Positions 1 to 11,612 are shown, numbered from the stretch's first letter. The stretch: DNA of 34,622 nucleotides from Octopus bimaculoides (GCF_001194135.2 NC_068981.1:185452382-185487003), one strand, 5' to 3'. Notes: generated by a model not told the origin, from the sequence alone. A program made the numbers and translations.

Positions 1-12
1 TATATATATATA

Positions 13-401
13 TACTCTTTTATTCTTTTACTTGTTTCAGTCATTTGACTGCGGACATGCTGGAGCACCGCCTTTAGTCAAGCAAATCGACCCCAGAAAT
101 TATTCTTTGTAAGCCTAGTACTTATTTTATCAGTCAGTTGTGTCGAACCGCTAATTTACGGGGACGTAAACACACTAGCATCAATTGTCAAGCGATGTTG
201 GACACATACACATACATATATATATATACATATACATATATACGACAGGCTTCTTTCAGTTTCCGTCTACTAAATCCACCCACATGGCTTTAGTCGGCTC
301 GAGGCTATAGTAGAAGACACTTGCCCAAGGTGCCACGCAGTGGGACTGAACCCGGAACGATATAGTTGGTAAGCAAACTACTTACCACACAGTCACTCCT
401 G
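13..401 (-). mobile_element. SINE family A, full length (tRNA-derived head, CORE-like central motif, stem-loop 3' tail)
   Basis: Minus strand: head GGAGTGACTGTGTGGTAAG, B-box-like CCGGGTTCAGTCCC, CORE-like GGCACCTTGGGCAAGTGTCTT, tail GGCGGTGCTCCAGCATGTCCGCAGTCAAATGACTGAAACAAGTAAAAG. Homologous copies at 8303-8706 and 17381-17682. Confidence 0.88.
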
Positions 402-439
402 TATATATATGTATATGTGTGCTTCTTTTCTGTCTGTGT

Positions 440-585
440 TTGACAACCAGTGTTTTACAACCGTTTGACAACCGCTGGTGGTGTGTTTATGTCACCGTAA
501 GTTAGCGGTCGGCAAAAGACATTGATAGAATAAGTACAAAGATTTACAAAAAAATATAAATAAAAAAACTGATAATAATAATAAT

Positions 586-650
<65 letters not shown>

Positions 651-738
651 GCATTGCCGTCGATTCGCTCGAATAAATCTCTTCAAGGCCATACCTCCAG
701 TATGGCCGCAGTTTAATGACTTAAAGAAGCAAAAGATA
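440..738 (+). mobile_element. SINE family A, headless 3' half interrupted by (AAT)n
   Basis: TTTGACAACCG..GTGTTTATGTCACCGTAAGTTAGCGG and tail CTCCAGTATGGCCGCAGTTTAATGAC match family A; (AAT)n at 572-650 lies inside. Confidence 0.75.
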
Positions 739-751
739 ACATGTAGAGGAC

Positions 752-850
752 ATAGGCGCAGACCTGGCACTGTAGTTAAGAAGCTTGCTTTGCAACCATG
801 TGGCTTTGGTTTCAGTCCCACGACGCAGTACTTTGAGCAAGTCAAGAACT
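752..850 (+). mobile_element. SINE family A head fragment
   Basis: ATAGGCGCAG..AAGCTTGCTTTGCAACCATGTGG..GGTTTCAGTCCCAC..TTTGAGCAAGT is a diverged match to the family A head. Confidence 0.6.
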
Positions 851-1580
851 ATGACCCGATCTTGATTAATGTTTAGTGAATTAATTTGAAAGAAGTACTC
901 CTTTCTGTATATTCGCATTCAATTTATAATTATTTCTGATTTCGCAATATCTTCCCTTATCCCTGTCGACCATTGTTAACCAATAAGACAATAAAATTCT
1001 TCTTCACATAATAGTTTCAGCTCAATGAATTAAATATTTTCCATCACTGCCTTAAATAAGTTAAACACCGCCGAAGTATAACAGTTCAGCAGATAACCGT
1101 TCAATTGTACACAAAACTGTATAATCATCATATCGCATCTATCTAAACAAACATCCTTTTACAAAAGAGAACAACAAATTTCATTTCGCTTATTTTACGA
1201 AAGAAGCAAGGGATTATGTTACTTATCGGCAATCCAAATTTGCTCACCAGCCAATATGTCGTCATTCATTTACAATATTGGGAAACGTAAATGTGACAGT
1301 ATTCTATTTTGCTCTTCCAAAAATCAAACAAAGCTATACGCATGTATACGGAAACAATGGAACAGAATTCTAGTCTTATATATTTTTTTTCTATCTAAAT
1401 CATTCTCTTAATCTAATCTTTTATATGCCCCCGCAAACCCGCAAGTTATAGATTCTCCTCTACTCACAAAGACTACATTTCGTTGTTCCCTTCTTTGTTT
1501 CTTATGCTCTATTGAATTCTTCCCTGTGGTTTTGCTTTCTACGCATTTATTCTGTTCTCGTACGCTCTATTCACGATTGC

Positions 1581-1590
1581 TATATATAAT

Positions 1591-1662
<72 letters not shown>

Positions 1663-1876
1663 TGTGTGTATATATATATATATTTATAATATATACATAG
1701 ATATATATATATATACATATATATATACACATACATAAATACATATATATATATATATGCATGTACTTGCTTACATATATATACACATATACATATATAC
1801 ATATATATATACACACATGCATATATATATATACATATACACACATACATACATATATACATATATATACATAAAT

Positions 1877-1923
<47 letters not shown>
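1581..1923. repeat. Compound (TA)n/(TG)n/(TACA)n microsatellite running into a gap
   Basis: Direct reading. Similar compound tracts at 2455-2570, 3955-4200, 4600-5040, 10790-10880, 11440-11630, 23020-23390, 24900-25220, 27510-27640, 28300-28970 and 32820-33015. Confidence 0.97.
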
Positions 1924-2267
1924 NNNNNNNNNNNNNNNNNNNNNNNNNNNNNNNNNNNNNNNNNNNNNNNNNNNNNNNNNNNNNNNNNNNNNNNNNNNNN
2001 NNNNNNNNNNNNNNNNNNNNNNNNNNNNNNNNNNNNNNNNNNNNNNNNNNNNNNNNNNNNNNNNNNNNNNNNNNNNNNNNNNNNNNNNNNNNNNNNNNNN
2101 NNNNNNNNNNNNNNNNNNNNNNNNNNNNNNNNNNNNNNNNNNNNNNNNNNNNNNNNNNNNNNNNNNNNNNNNNNNNNNNNNNNNNNNNNNNNNNNNNNNN
2201 NNNNNNNNNNNNNNNNNNNNNNNNNNNNNNNNNNNNNNNNNNNNNNNNNNNNNNNNNNNNNNNNNNN
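1924..2267. other. Assembly gap (others: 4065-4150, 6808-7382, 9214-9223, 12033-12481, 13952-14437, 16859-16868, 27300-27509, 28394-28505, 33216-33700)
   Basis: Runs of N, mostly flanked by (TA)n or other simple repeats. Confidence 0.99.
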
Positions 2268-2503
2268 TATATACATATACTATTTATGATCTATTAGAAT
2301 TTATGAACAATGCTATCATCGGTTTTATGTTTTTAATAGATTAATCCCCTTCTTACTGTCTCTCTGATAGCAACAATGACAGAAAAACATCTGTAACTCA
2401 TTGAGCTTCATTTTTAAACTCTGGATTTTCCCGATACAGGGCGAACTATATAAAGACACACACATGCAAGTACACAGGCACAAGTACACACAGACATACA
2501 TAC

Positions 2504-2551
<48 letters not shown>

Positions 2552-2987
2552 GCATGCACACGCACACAACCACGGTCGGAGGGACACACACATTAATATG
2601 ATGAGTAAGAATACATCAAAAAGGTGCATAATATATACAGAGTTTGTATTTTCCAGTTACATACTTATCTATGAAGAGCCATTACGAAGCGCTATTCGGT
2701 CCTTCTCTTTTATCCGTAACATTACAGTATGAGCTTTCAAGCTATACTCCTATCTACAAAAAACGGTTATGAACTCCTGCTTTTCTGATTTCCTTGTGCC
2801 TGCTTAGTTATATTTATACCCACACTTCGCTATAGCTTCGATGCATTTAACAACTACTGAACCAACTTAGATTTTAGTGTAGTTGAACCTACGACTGATC
2901 GGTGAAACTAGTCTAGTCCAGTGAACATTGAGTGGCTCATGGGGCGGTTATCTCCGCTGTTAGTATATGTATATATATATATATATA

Positions 2988-3160
2988 TCAAAATAAGCAA
3001 CAAGGATATTCAAAGTTAATGCAGTACTATCTTTTCATGCGACTCCATTTATTTAAGCAATGTGAACATTACATTAAATATAACACATATTTTCGTTAGA
3101 TACAAGATTACCACCACACTACTCAGTCCCAGATCTGAAGATTTTTGCAGGTGCGAATAC
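2988..3160. mobile_element. Unclassified dispersed repeat (family E) abutting (TA)n; host of the CR1-group insertion, resumes at ~3571-3620; second copy at 6636-6700
   Basis: ATCAAAATAAGCAACAAGGATATTCAAAGTTAATGCAGTAC (from 2987) resembles ATCAAGATAAGCAACACGATATCAAGAAGTGATGCAGTAC (from 6639). Complementary segments 3119-3128/3607-3616 and 3130-3134/3597-3601 bracket the LINE. Confidence 0.5.
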
Positions 3161-3162
3161 AT

Positions 3163-3570
3163 ATTTCTATTTTTATTTATTTTATTTTATCTCGTTTCAG
3201 CTCACGTGCTGTGGCCATGCTGGAGCACCACCATTTGGTGTTGCTACATAATTTTACTTCACGAATGCTTTTTAGGAATTGACATTTGGTGCATGAGAGA
3301 GTTTGATGCAGCTGCCTTCATCTGCCGCGATGTTGGTTCATCTGGGACACGTGACAGGAAGAGATCCAGCTTTATGCGGGTCTCTCAGGTCCTTCGGGAG
3401 GATATTGGAGAGCTGTGGACCTCTGAAGCCCAGGCTATTGCAGTATCTTGTCCTACATCTTGATGGCAAATTTGTAGTCCTGGGCACTATGCAGTGGCGC
3501 CCAGTTCTAGTATTTGTGTAACTCTCGATGCCAAAGTTTGGGACAAGTCGTTCCAGGATCTTCCACATGG
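3163..3570 (-). mobile_element. 5'-truncated CR1-group LINE: ORF2 C-terminus (frameshifted), 3' UTR and A-rich tail
   Basis: MWKILERLVPNFGI..NSLGFRGPQLSNILPKDLRD, then after an internal deletion/frameshift KLDLFLSRVPDEPTSRQMKAAASNSLMHQMSIPKKHS* (stop 3259-3261). The N.LP..L...K LD..L pattern resembles CR1/L2-group ORF2 ends. (TAAAA)n tail at 3163-3190. Confidence 0.75.
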
Positions 3571-3989
3571 ACAGGTTTCTTCAAACAAGCGGACACATCT
3601 GCTCCAGATTGAGTAGCTGTCTTGTAGAATTTCGTATCCTTTCTGTTTTATTCTTCGGCACTAGTTACATCAATTACGGTTTCTATAATAAAAGAGGAAG
3701 AAAATCTTGATTGCCTTTTCTTTTCGTGTCTTTCGTTCCAATTTTTGCATCAACCCTTTTCGCGTTTTATTCCTCGCTCTTAGTTTTCTCACTTTCTCAG
3801 AGCCCAGCGTCCTGATTTTTAAACTATATTTAACGCATGAGACAGTGACTGAAAGACGGCTTGAAGATACATAACCTATTCTATAAATCTGCGAATTTAA
3901 AGTGTCGTAAGGGCATGAAACTATTAGCAACTCATCTGTAATTATACATTAAGTCGATATATATATATATAATATAGAATATATATACA

Positions 3990-4064
<75 letters not shown>

Positions 4065-4150
4065 NNNNNNNNNNNNNNNNNNNNNNNNNNNNNNNNNNNN
4101 NNNNNNNNNNNNNNNNNNNNNNNNNNNNNNNNNNNNNNNNNNNNNNNNNN

Positions 4151-4192
<42 letters not shown>

Positions 4193-4642
4193 ATATATAC
4201 ATCTATGAATATATAATATATATCTATATATTGATACTTACGTTTGACATATGTTTGTGTACATACACATACACGCACACATGCACATAAACACACACAC
4301 GCACACATATACACATATATACACGTACTTTTATGTCCTTTATTTTTCTCGCCGTCTTGCCCAATCTTCTCGTTACTTCGGTTAGTAATTCGTTTATGGA
4401 AAGAGAAGAAATCTATGATTCAAAAACGGTTATGACATAAGCAGAGAGAATGCGTTTCTACTAAAGAAAATAGAATCGTCTCATTAGTTGTATTCTTTTC
4501 GCTACACGTCTTCCAATTAGGTCTCAAAATACAGACATGTGCGCGCACGCGCGGATGAGTGTGTGTGCGGCGTGCGCATGTTCGTGCGATGAATGTACAT
4601 GTTTATGCATGTATTTCTATATATGTACGTATGTGCACATGA

Positions 4643-4678
<36 letters not shown>

Positions 4679-5254
4679 TTATACATTTTTATATATATAT
4701 CCATAATTTTCTCTTAGAATTAATAGAATACAAACATATTATATGGATATATATACGTATCACTATCTATATACATGCATGCATGCATACACAAACACAC
4801 ACACACACACACACATATATATGTGTGTATATGTGTGTGCATGTGTGTGCATGTGTGTGTCTGTGTGTATGTGTGTGCACGTCTGTATGGGTATATACAT
4901 AAGCATTCTTATTTGTCTAAGTGGATGTGTGTATATATACATGTGTGTGTTATTGTGTGTATGTTAGTGTTTGTGAGTCAGTGTGCATGTGTGTGTGTGT
5001 GTGCGCATGTTTGTGTGTGTGTGCGCATGTTTGTGTGTGTCTATGCGCTTTTCATATATGTCTGTTTGAATAGTTTTCTGTCTGGAAGCGGTACGCTCAT
5101 TAAATTAAGGTGTCAAAAAAGTATGAACAAAAGGCGACAAAATGTTGAGAAATTCAATTTTATAGTATCATTAACGACACACATATTGGCGGCGAGAATA
5201 AATTATGAGCGCAGAAGGCAGATGCAAGGAATTGAGAAGGAGTATGTTACTACT

Positions 5255-5660
5255 GACATATATGAAAGAGGAAAGGGGAGGGGAAGATGCAGTGATATGC
5301 AGTCTCAATTGCAGGGGAGAGCACACAGGGAGAAGGAGTAAGAGGAGTAGGAGGAGAAGGAGGAGAAGGAACAGGAAGATGGAAATGTGAGGGAAGCTGC
5401 AGCAGAGAATCAGGAAATATCTGAGTAGAACGTTAGAAAGTGGTGGAATGCAATTTGTAAGGTGCAATATAGGATTTTAGGAGTTGTGACTTAGGAGCAG
5501 ATCGAAATAATGTTAGAGGGGATGGAAGGAATATAAAGAAATAAAAAATCAAAAGAAAGAAGAAATAGCGGAAAATGAGAGAAGAGAAAGAATGTATTGG
5601 AGAGGAAATAGAACCAGGGTTGAAGATTATGGTGGAATGGGGAAATTGGAACAAGATTGG
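5255..5660. repeat. Purine-rich (GA/GGA) low-complexity region
   Basis: AGGAGTAGGAGGAGAAGGAGGAGAAGG etc.; explains ORFs 5171-5467 and 5205-5390. Confidence 0.7.
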
Positions 5661-5678
5661 AGGACATTCCAAATAGGT

Positions 5679-5704
<26 letters not shown>

Positions 5705-5709
<5 letters not shown>

Positions 5710-6075
5710 AAAGGTACTGTACCTTTGTAAATTTATTAAATTATTTTTCTCGTAAATTCGGCAACGAGATTATTTTGCATTGGGAAGCTGCTGTGATTTC
5801 GGCGCGAAACGAATCAGTAGCGGCAGAGATTTCGGAAGGATAGGTTGGGAATTGCTTTTGTGGTAACGCGTGCTGAGGAAGCTAAGGCATATCATGCCAA
5901 TGCAGAAACTAGTCCACGTAGATCCATATACTTAAATGTATGTAAGTCGATTGTCTCAACCAAATTTGCCTTCATTTGATTTCTGCAGTAATCACCAGTG
6001 TATATTTTGGCGATTTAACAACGAGTTTTGACTGTTATTTCAAGCAGGTTGACATACTTAGTAAGTCCTTTGATT
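5705..6075 (+). mobile_element. ~370-bp non-coding element between two (TA)n tracts carrying a hammerhead ribozyme (Penelope-like pLTR or retrozyme-like)
   Basis: (TA)n at 5681-5704 and ~6075-6093; 14-bp perfect palindrome at 5704-5732; hammerhead at 5868-5919; no RT ORF. Boundaries are inferred. Confidence 0.5.
5868..5919 (+). ncRNA. Minimal type I hammerhead ribozyme, canonical core
   Basis: Helix I GCGUG(5868-72)/CACGU(5915-19); CUGAGGA(5873-79); helix II with GGCAU-AUC-AUGCC; GAAA(5905-08); helix III AC-UA-GU (palindrome ACUAGU); GUC site, cut after 5914. Confidence 0.75.
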
Positions 6076-7789
6076 ATATATATATATATATATATCTATA
6101 TCCTGGAAGACATCGCGGGAAGTTTGTAGCTCATTTCCCCTTCCTATACATAAGTCATTTTAATAAGTTATACTTCTCTCACACCCTCATGTCTGCTTCT
6201 ATTCTTTTTCTGCCCTTTTTAATAATGACAAATACACTGTACCTATTGTTAACTGTTTATTATATGTATTAGCTCCCCTAAACACTTTGGCCCTCTGCAG
6301 AAGCCTAGAGGCACACTCAGCATCCAAACTTTATCTGCCCATCCCTACAGAACACTGAAGAGACGGAGATAGCATGGAGGATTCGTTGCCTCTTGGCAGA
6401 AACGGCCCTAAGGGACTGATCTTTTGCTCTTTTCTGTAATATTGATACATGTGTGTATAACACATAGTTACTACATGTGTATGTTTTCTTTTAATACTTT
6501 CTAATGCTTTGGGATACATAGACACACTGGAATGTCTACCGGATGATATATATATATGTTTAAACATATTATTTTCACCAAATTTTTTCACCAAGTCAGT
6601 CCGGTGTCATCTGCACAGCTTGATGTAAGGTGAATAAAATCAAGATAAGCAACACGATATCAAGAAGTGATGCAGTACGACCGTTTCAAGTGGCAAAAGA
6701 ATATAGTATCTGTTAACATAGGTCAATTTCATTATTATTATTATTATTGCTGTTGTAATAAAGTATTTTCAACGGATCAGTTTTGAGCTCTATTTAAAAT
6801 TGATATANNNNNNNNNNNNNNNNNNNNNNNNNNNNNNNNNNNNNNNNNNNNNNNNNNNNNNNNNNNNNNNNNNNNNNNNNNNNNNNNNNNNNNNNNNNNN
6901 NNNNNNNNNNNNNNNNNNNNNNNNNNNNNNNNNNNNNNNNNNNNNNNNNNNNNNNNNNNNNNNNNNNNNNNNNNNNNNNNNNNNNNNNNNNNNNNNNNNN
7001 NNNNNNNNNNNNNNNNNNNNNNNNNNNNNNNNNNNNNNNNNNNNNNNNNNNNNNNNNNNNNNNNNNNNNNNNNNNNNNNNNNNNNNNNNNNNNNNNNNNN
7101 NNNNNNNNNNNNNNNNNNNNNNNNNNNNNNNNNNNNNNNNNNNNNNNNNNNNNNNNNNNNNNNNNNNNNNNNNNNNNNNNNNNNNNNNNNNNNNNNNNNN
7201 NNNNNNNNNNNNNNNNNNNNNNNNNNNNNNNNNNNNNNNNNNNNNNNNNNNNNNNNNNNNNNNNNNNNNNNNNNNNNNNNNNNNNNNNNNNNNNNNNNNN
7301 NNNNNNNNNNNNNNNNNNNNNNNNNNNNNNNNNNNNNNNNNNNNNNNNNNNNNNNNNNNNNNNNNNNNNNNNNNNNNNNNNNTATATATATATATATATC
7401 GGCTTTTTCCCTGTTAAGTAAAGTTCCTGTAGTTTGTATCAGACACAAGAAACGCTATCCTATACAATATACTGTTCACAACACTCTTTTTATAATTTCA
7501 ACAACTTTCACTCGTTAATGCCTACGAGCACCATTGTCGCATTGACAATCTATTACTGACCTTCACTCATATCTCGGACATCACTAATCTCTCGTTGTCG
7601 AGGAATTTTGCGGAAAGAGTCCTGTTGCTCCCCGTATAAGCAAACTGTTTCATAGTGCTTGGCATGTGACTTTCTCTTTTACCAACTCATCCATCATGAT
7701 TCGGAGGCCTTTTGTCAGTTCACACTACACTGCGTTTTATAATGACAATGCTTTGGATAGAATTACATACTTGCATTAACACTCCGCTC

Positions 7790-8050
7790 TCTATGGAATA
7801 TAGATAATCTCCAACTTTTCTCCATTCTCGAATCTTGGTTGTCCCTTCTGGTTGTCTCCAGTTGAATCCTAGACTTTTCAATTCGCCTTAGTATCCCGCT
7901 TACATCTATGTTTAGATTGTCCTCTCTTTCATCTCATCTTTGGGTTCACATGTTTCATTTATGGAAAGCCTCCCTCTCCTGTCTTGTTGGTTTGAATCAA
8001 TAGTTATGTAACTTACCTGTCACCTAGGTACTGTTGTCGCTATATGCAAC
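7790..8050 (-). pseudogene. Possible highly decayed RTE-clade LINE ORF C-terminus
   Basis: Broken minus-strand frames give ..QYLGD.., ..NQQDRRGRLS.. and GELKSLGFNWRQPEGTTKIREWRKVGDYLYS, loosely like the RTE ending P.GKR.RGRP..W..ELK..G..W..R..WR..V..L. Many stops. Confidence 0.3.
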
Positions 8051-8302
8051 CCATATTTACCTTTGGAACGAGATTGATCATATTAATACGTCCAGCTTCA
8101 GAGGCCTACCAGGCGCTTCCGTTCCATTGATACAGCTCTCTTAACTGAGGTACAGAACCTCAATTAAGCTGAGAGGACTGGGTCAGCAACAAAGACTGAA
8201 CCTTGTTGTGCTTTAATATTTAATAATATGAAATTCAGAAACAAAGGTCGATGTCAAATTATTGAAAACTGAACAAATATCTGTAGACACGTTTTGCATC
8301 AT

Positions 8303-8706
8303 CTCTTTACTCCTTTACATGTTTCCGTCAGTTGACTTCGGCCATTCTGGAGCACCGCCTTTAGTTGAGCAAATCGACCTCAGGACTTATTCTTTGGAAG
8401 CCTAGTACTTATTCTATCAGCCACTTTTGCCGAACCGCTAAGTTACGGGGACGTAAACACACCAGCATCGGTTGTCAAGCGATGTTGGGGGGAAAAACAC
8501 AAACACACAAACATATGCACACACATACATATAAATATATACATATATACGACGGGCTTCTTTCAGTTTCCGTCTACCAAATCCACTCACAAGGCTTTGG
8601 TCGGCCCGAGGCTATCGTAGAAGACACTTGCCCAAGGTGCCACGCAGTGGGAATGAACCCGGAACCATGTCGCTGGTAAGCAAGCTATTTGCCACACAGC
8701 CACTCC
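8303..8706 (-). mobile_element. SINE family A, full length
   Basis: Colinear with 13-401 from head (GGAGTGGCTGTGTGGC) through GGCACCTTGGGCAAGTGTCTT to tail GGCGGTGCTCCAGAATGGCC. Confidence 0.9.
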
Positions 8707-8856
8707 ATCGATCATTTTTATTTCATTTTGCCTGCAAACCATTTCAATATGAAATGAAAATACTTCATAGTATTTTATTCCGCGATGCCGTTTTATTTTA
8801 TCGCAACACAATGATCAGAAATTTATAAGACGCCTTAATTACAAATATAATATGTT

Positions 8857-9045
8857 TATTCTTTTATTCTTTTATTCGTTTCAGTCATTTAAATGCGGCC
8901 ATGCTGGGGCATCGCCTTTATCGAACAAATCGATCCCACTAATTATTACTTAAGGCTACAAATTACTCTATCAGTATCTTTTACCAAACTACCAAGTCAC
9001 GGGGACGTAAACAAGTCAACAGTGGTTGCCATGAAAGACGAACAC
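8857..9045 (-). mobile_element. SINE family A 3' half, truncated at (CA)n
   Basis: Plus strand GTTTCAGTCATTTAAATGCGGCCATGCTGGGGCATCGCC..CACGGGGACGTAAAC. Confidence 0.8.
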
Positions 9046-9053
9046 ACACACAC

Positions 9054-9100
<47 letters not shown>

Positions 9101-9101
9101 A

Positions 9102-9341
9102 GTGTAAGCACATAAATGCGAAACAAGGTGAAGAAAATAGTACTTGAATACGAGAGGTAGAGCAATATACTTTATCAAAAAGCAGCAAAAATATCACAAA
9201 AACTGTTATTGAGNNNNNNNNNNAGTACTTGAATACGAGAGGTAGAGCAATATACTTTATCAAAAAGCAGCAAAAATATCACAAAAACTGTTATTGAGAG
9301 TTTAACGTTCCTCTTCGCGATATTTCTGGTGTTTTTGATAA

Positions 9342-9345
<4 letters not shown>
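9102..9345 (-). mobile_element. Penelope-like pLTR remnant (same family as 12500-12680) with degraded hammerhead
   Basis: ATATACTTTATCAAAAAGCAGCAAAAATATCACAAAAACTGTTA matches 12507-12550; 9107-9162 is the reverse complement of 12617-12673. Bounded by (CA)n and (TA)n. Confidence 0.6.
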
Positions 9346-9372
<27 letters not shown>

Positions 9373-10023
9373 TCTCCAGAGGTACGTATATACATACATA
9401 AGTACCTCAAGGGAATACAAATACGCACGGACAAATAACCGGGCAAAACAGTAGGGGATAAAAAGCCTGAATTGTTTGACTAATATGAACATTATGCAAA
9501 GGAAAGAATGATAAACATGTAAGGTTGTTTAATGACTGGGGAAATGGATGAAGAAGTTAGCATCTCTTATACATCCCCTACGACCATTCTTGGCTTGTGG
9601 TGGCAATTTTTTAAACTTTTAATGAAACCATTTATTTGCATCGATTTTGTCATCAATTACAAGCATTTCTGAGATATGTCCTAAAAGATGCCATAAACAA
9701 TTTCTTTTCAGATGAATCTTCGAAGTGAAGCTTCGATTGAATGATAATTATATGTAACTTAGTAATCACGCATTTTATACGTTTAATATTTTGAGCACAG
9801 TTACACTCCAAGTACTGCCTTTGTCATCAAGATGGTAATCCAACTGTATCGAAAGTATAATATAATCCGAGAATGAAGGTAATCTTAAGTATTGGTCGTG
9901 TAAACGTAGAAGGTCCTAATCACAATCTCTCTCACACCCCAACAAACACCTCGTATCTCCTCTCATACATACCTATACATACACAAGCACTTTCTTCCTT
10001 CTCTTCCTATCCCTCTGACTTCC

Positions 10024-10098
10024 CGTTAGTATGCGATGAAGGACCTGTGCCCGAAACGTTATACCTTTACCCTTCCTTACTTCAGCGTCACACTAATG
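10024..10098 (+). ncRNA. Type I hammerhead ribozyme fold, core mutated (C3G, U4C); probable Penelope-like 3' remnant (~9930-10135)
   Basis: Helix I CGUUAGUAU/ACACUAAUG (8 of 9 paired); GCGAUGA(10033-39) plus extra A; helix II GGAC-CUGU-GCCC; GAAA(10053-56); helix III ACGUU/AGCGU; GUC site at 10087-10089. Confidence 0.65.
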
Positions 10099-10806
10099 CT
10101 ATGAACTGCAAATGTCGCTTTAACTTTTGTTTTTCTTTTTTAATTGAAGATCCTCAATGTCCACAGGCTTGTATATTATGAAACATTTTCCTAGTTATTA
10201 AATTATAATTGAAAGGTAGATTTAAAGGTGTATAGGCTGCTATTTCTAGCAAGACGTGACCGCATAAGTTTGGACTCCTCCGTTGTCTCGTTATAGTCAA
10301 TGCCTCTGTTAGTGGTGGCAACTTCTGGAAAATATATTTAATTACATTTGTAACGAGTTCAAAAGACGATTTGACTGAGTGCCAAAGGGTAAAAGAGAAA
10401 TAAAAACAATTTGTAAAAATGAGAAAAACAAAACAAAACAAAAAAAAAAGAAACAATATTGCATCTACAATCTACAATAGGTATAATGAAGAATGAGGGG
10501 AATAAGTAAAAAAAAGAATTTTGAAAACACATTTACCCAAAAAATATAACACCAAAAAAACAAAACAGCATGTCCCACATTATTTAGTACTACTATCTCA
10601 CATACATACTCACAGCCGTATTCGTACTTTAAAACACATATACACAAATTTAAAGGCAAATATATAGACATATAAACACATTCACACATATCCACATACC
10701 TCACATACATACTTATTTAAAGAGAAACAAAGACATGCACGTATATAGGCAAACGCACATGTTCAAACACAAACATGTATAGACGAAACACATGTATACA
10801 TGCATA

Positions 10807-10879
<73 letters not shown>

Positions 10880-11578
10880 TAAGTTTCACATTCAAGGGTA
10901 ACAGAAAATACGTTTATATGCAGGCATACACACACAAAAACATGTATAGAGGAGAACAAACATGGATGCAGACAGACGCTCATACAGTCTGATTCACACA
11001 CGCACATAAACATGATAAAAGACTAACAGAAAACATGTTCCTAAAAGGGATACATACACACTTACTCAAACAGGAACATGCACACAAGCACACACATACA
11101 CAGATACGCATGAAGACACACACACACGTCACGCGCTCGAATACTCACAAACATACACACACAGATATTCACAAACACGCATGCACTCACATGGTCGTAC
11201 AGTCAAACGTGCTCACACACAACAGAACGTGCCAGGAATAATTATAGTATTTTAGTATATTTTCGACATCTGTTTTGTCTGTTTACAACAAACATAGCGA
11301 ATATTCACTAGCCATAGATTTAGTTTAATTACAAGTTTCTGTATAATTGATAACATATACAATCTCAAATAACTAGTTCCGTCATTTGAACATATATATA
11401 TATTCGTTGGTATATGACGCTTGACATACATATATACCAATACATACATGTATATATAAATATATATGTGTATATACGTACATGCACATATATATCAATG
11501 TGTGTGTATATATTAATATATATATTCATATATATACATATGTGTGAGTGTCTATGTCTATAAACTCATATATGTATG

Positions 11579-11612
<34 letters not shown>

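Noticed and set aside
492-845. ORF with a poly-Leu run (and the many YI/CV/HT/LS-repeat ORFs)
   Set aside because: Translation of (AAT)n and dinucleotide or tetranucleotide repeats or N gaps.
2892-2915. CTGATCG-GT-GAAACTAGTC, hammerhead-like
   Set aside because: Core is mismatched, helix II is absent and helix I barely pairs; at best a relic.
3130-3160. CAGAT-CTGAAGA in family E with a complementary ATCTG beyond the LINE
   Set aside because: No GAAA or UH in the required positions.
3700-3880. Plus-strand polypyrimidine tract and CAG acceptor at ~3799
   Set aside because: Only a short unrecognised frame follows, with no donor; such tracts are common here.
6355-6420. CTGAAGA..TGCC-TCTT-GGCA-GAAAC
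   Set aside because: Helix II does not adjoin the core, and no compatible helix III/NUH or helix I was found.
8009-8018. Perfect minus-strand donor CAG|GTAAGT
   Set aside because: All upstream frames from plausible acceptors contain stops; it lies in decayed LINE-like DNA.
8133-8180. Hairpin containing TGAGGTA (let-7 seed-like)
   Set aside because: The rest does not match let-7, and the seed would run into the loop.
9139-9298. Exact 75-bp direct repeat (9139-9213, 9224-9298) that looks like tandem pLTRs
   Set aside because: Identical copies separated by a 10-N placeholder are most likely overlapping contig ends.
9690-9760. TTTCTTTTCAG..GTAACT micro-exon candidate
   Set aside because: Stop codons in all three frames.
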